Assembly (NCBI RefSeq): GCF_000332335.1
Contig: NZ_KB235948.1
Coordinates: 4,286,977-4,350,976 of the forward strand
Direction: 5' to 3'
DNA: 64,000 nucleotides
Origin: Oscillatoria sp. PCC 10802
GTDB taxonomy: Bacteria; Cyanobacteriota; Cyanobacteriia; Cyanobacteriales; Oscillatoriaceae
In this document: one piece after another, positions 61,961-64,000 of the stretch
How positions within the stretch are numbered: position 1 is the stretch's first letter
Layout of the letters: each line of letters starts with the position of its first letter
Translations under genes and position numbers: made by a program
The notes under the pieces: generated by a model
Told to the model about the DNA's origin: nothing
What the model saw: only the letters and a program-made list of their open reading frames with translations
Database searches by the model: none

Positions 61961-62102
61961 CGTTTGTAGTTGGGCTTTAGCCCAAAAAGGTTTGTAGTTG
62001 GGCTTTAGCCCAAAAAGGTTTGTAGTTGGGCTTTAGCCCAAAAAGGTTTGTAGTTGGGCTTTAGCCCAAAAGTTTGTAGTTGGGCTTTAGCCCAAAAGTT
62101 TG
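61961..62102. repeat. Minisatellite GTTTGTAGTTGGGCTTTAGCCCAAAAAG, 26-28 bp x5, each with a GGGCT-TT-AGCCC hairpin
   Basis: Directly abutting units with no spacers, so not a CRISPR array. A solo unit lies at 61556..61583. Confidence 0.85.
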
Positions 62103-62262
62103 TAACACTCGTTGCGGCGGGTTTATTCAGATGTTGCGTTATGTGGCAAATAGTTCGGGCGAACCCGCCCCAAGAGGCATTCATGGGGGCGCTAAAAGCG
62201 CGGTGCGTTCCGCAGAAGCGCGACTTCTACTTCTGCGGAATCCTCTCAACGCGGAACGCACC

Positions 62263-64000
62263 CTACTCTTTGAGCAAGCGCTTCAGTTCCTCATCCGTGA
62301 AGGGATTCGTCCCCGCTTTCAGGACGTCAACCCAGCGCTGCCTTTGCGATTTTGCCTTCTTATAATAATCCTTCATCCAAGAAGGCTGATTGTCAATCCA
62401 AGCGATAAATGCCTGGAAGTCCTCAATCGCGCCTTTTGGGTTGCCGGTGAGCGCCCGGGCAATGCCGCGACTATCCCGATACTCTATATTATAAGGCTGA
62501 AGCGCCACGGATTTGTCGCAGACAAATAGCACGTCTTTGGCGTGCCGGTGCAAACTGCCGTACCGGCAGAGAGTATTCCAAGAATTCGCTGAAATGTCAA
62601 AGTTTGGGTCGAACTTTTGGGCTTGTGCGTAAGCGGCGATGGCTTCCCTCACCTTGCCTTTCCGGACAAGCGCTTCTCCCTTACTCACTAAAACGGGTGC
62701 CGGCTCAAAGTCGGGGTCGAGTTGCAATGCCTTCTGAAATTCCGCCACCGCAGCTTCAATATTGCCCTCTTCGGCAAGCTGTTCGCCCTTCTTAACTCGT
62801 TCGGAAGCTTCTGCTAATTGCTTGGCTTTGGTTTCTGGATTGAGGGGTAAGCCCGGATTCCACTTTAAGGCGGTGCGGAACGTAGCAACTGCCTCCTCAA
62901 CATTGCCTCCTCTCGCTTCCGCCTCCCCTTGCTCAACCAAAAATGGCGCGGCTGCCAGCCGGTTGGATTGGGTTTGGCACACTTCTAGTTTTTCCAAGTC
63001 TTTGGGATGGGTGACAAGGTAATCGTTCAGCCAGTTGCAACCGCGCGCCAGCAGTTCATCTAAGCTGTCAGCCCGCCACAGCCGGATTGTACCGTCAGAG
63101 GAGGCGGTGACGATGCGCTTTCCGTCGGGGCTGAAACTGGCGCTGATGACAGGACCCTGATGCCCTTTTAGCTCGGACAGCAGCTTGCCGGTGCTGTCCC
63201 ACACCCGGGCTGTATTGTCAGAGGAGGCGGTGACGATGCGCTTTCCGTCGGGGCTGAAACTGGCGCTGATGACATAACCCTGATGCCCTTTTAGCTCGGA
63301 CAGCAGCTTGCCGGTGCTGTCCCACACCCGGGCTGTTTTGTCAGAGGAGGCGGTGAGGATGCGCTTTCCGTCGGGGCTGAAACTGGCGCTGGTGACAGGA
63401 ACTTTTAGCTCGGACAGCAGCTTGCCGGTGCTGTCCCACACCCGGGCTGTTTTGTCCCAGGAGGCGGTGAGGATGCGCTTTCCGTCGGGGCTGAAACTGG
63501 CGCTGATGACATAACCCTGATGCCCTTTTAGCTCGGACAGCAGCTTGCCGGTGCTGTCCCACACCCGGGCTGTTCTGTCAGAGGAGGCGGTGAGGATGCG
63601 CTTTCCGTCGGGGCTGAAACTGGCGCTGATGACAGCACCCTGATGCCCTTTTAGCTCGGACAGCAGCTTGCCGGTGCTGTCCCACACCCGGGCTGTACTG
63701 TCATAGGAGGCGGTGAGGATGCGCTTTCCGTCGGGGCTGAAACTGGCGCTGATGACATAACCCTGATGCCCTTTTAGCTCGGACAGCAGCTTGCCGGTGC
63801 TGTCCCACACCCGGGCTGTTCTGTCAGAGGAGGCGGTGAGGATGCGCTTTCCGTCGGGGCTGAAACTGGCGCTGATGACAGCACCCTGATGCCCTTTTAG
63901 CTCGGACAGCAGCTTGCCGGTGCTGTCCCACACCCGGGCTGTTTTGTCATCGGAGGCGGTGAGGATGCGCTTTCCGTCGGGGCTGAAACTGGCGCTGGTG
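62263..64000 (-). CDS. WD40-repeat protein with C-terminal TPR-like region (N-terminus beyond window end)
   Basis: At least 12 near-identical WD40 units (ARVWDSTGKLLSELKGHQGxVISASFSPDGKRILTASSD). Then TPR-like helices (GNIEAAVAEFQKALQLDP, GKVREAIAAYAQAQKFDP). Then a conserved tail. The repeat DNA continues to base 64000, so the real start lies outside the window. Confidence 0.85.
   Translation of the reverse strand, partial: TSASFSPDGKRILTASDDKTARVWDSTGKLLSELKGHQGAVISASFSPDGKRILTASSDRTARVWDSTGKLLSELKGHQGYVISASFSPDGKRILTASYDSTARVWDSTGKLLSELKGHQGAVISASFSPDGKRILTASSDRTARVWDSTGKLLSELKGHQGYVISASFSPDGKRILTASWDKTARVWDSTGKLLSELKVPVTSASFSPDGKRILTASSDKTARVWDSTGKLLSELKGHQGYVISASFSPDGKRIVTASSDNTARVWDSTGKLLSELKGHQGPVISASFSPDGKRIVTASSDGTIRLWRADSLDELLARGCNWLNDYLVTHPKDLEKLEVCQTQSNRLAAAPFLVEQGEAEARGGNVEEAVATFRTALKWNPGLPLNPETKAKQLAEASERVKKGEQLAEEGNIEAAVAEFQKALQLDPDFEPAPVLVSKGEALVRKGKVREAIAAYAQAQKFDPNFDISANSWNTLCRYGSLHRHAKDVLFVCDKSVALQPYNIEYRDSRGIARALTGNPKGAIEDFQAFIAWIDNQPSWMKDYYKKAKSQRQRWVDVLKAGTNPFTDEELKRLLKE
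63090..64000. repeat. Coding tandem repeats, about 123-bp period, over 90% identical (WD40 blades)
   Basis: GCGCTTTCCGTCGGGGCTGAAACTGGCGCTGATGAC recurs about every 121-126 bp. Confidence 0.9.

Noticed and set aside
61961-62102. CRISPR-like array of 28-bp hairpin repeats
   Set aside because: Units are directly adjacent with no unique spacers, and no cas genes are in the window. It is a minisatellite.

Overview
This is a 64 kb chromosomal segment that is almost certainly cyanobacterial. Reasons: frequent HIP1 GCGATCGC sites, an egtDBC ergothioneine cluster, chlM, a cyAbrB regulator, a Uma2/DUF820 endonuclease, a Ser/Thr kinase-FGE fusion and WD40/TPR genes. I support about 45 CDS and found no rRNA or tRNA (no T-loop-like signals in the intergenic DNA).

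Recognisable housekeeping or metabolic genes:
- GH2 beta-galactosidase/glucuronidase
- glpK
- Hsp20
- recG
- tsf and rpsB
- a GT2 glycosyltransferase
- a GHL10 glycosidase-like protein
- argG
- DedA
- a STAS antagonist
- egtD, egtB and egtC
- chlM
- nagA
- purE
- two tandem amt ammonium transporters with Pro/Ala-rich N-terminal extensions
- an SGNH hydrolase
- a 3'-truncated WD40/TPR gene at the window end

The window is extremely repeat-dense, with at least five dispersed palindromic/MITE-like families plus tandem minisatellites. It has long gene-poor stretches at 9.2-17.1 kb and 25.3-26.8 kb.

The most interesting locus is 36.1-42.7 kb, flanked on both sides by the same MITE-like family. It encodes two paralogous membrane proteins whose cores are long [G-V-A-W/F/L] tetrapeptide glycine-zipper repeat arrays; in the DNA this is a 12-bp near-perfect tandem repeat of about 29 units. 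One paralog is fused to a C-terminal P-loop AAA+/STAND-like ATPase. A separate HTH-AAA ATPase and a small membrane protein sit between the paralogs. I propose this as an NTPase-regulated pore-forming conflict or abortive-infection-like system.

Other highlights:
- a clear bacterial major vault protein (MVP) homolog next to a Ser/Thr kinase-FGE fusion
- a two-gene ABC-type AAA ATPase plus PIN-like cassette between rpsB and the GT2 gene
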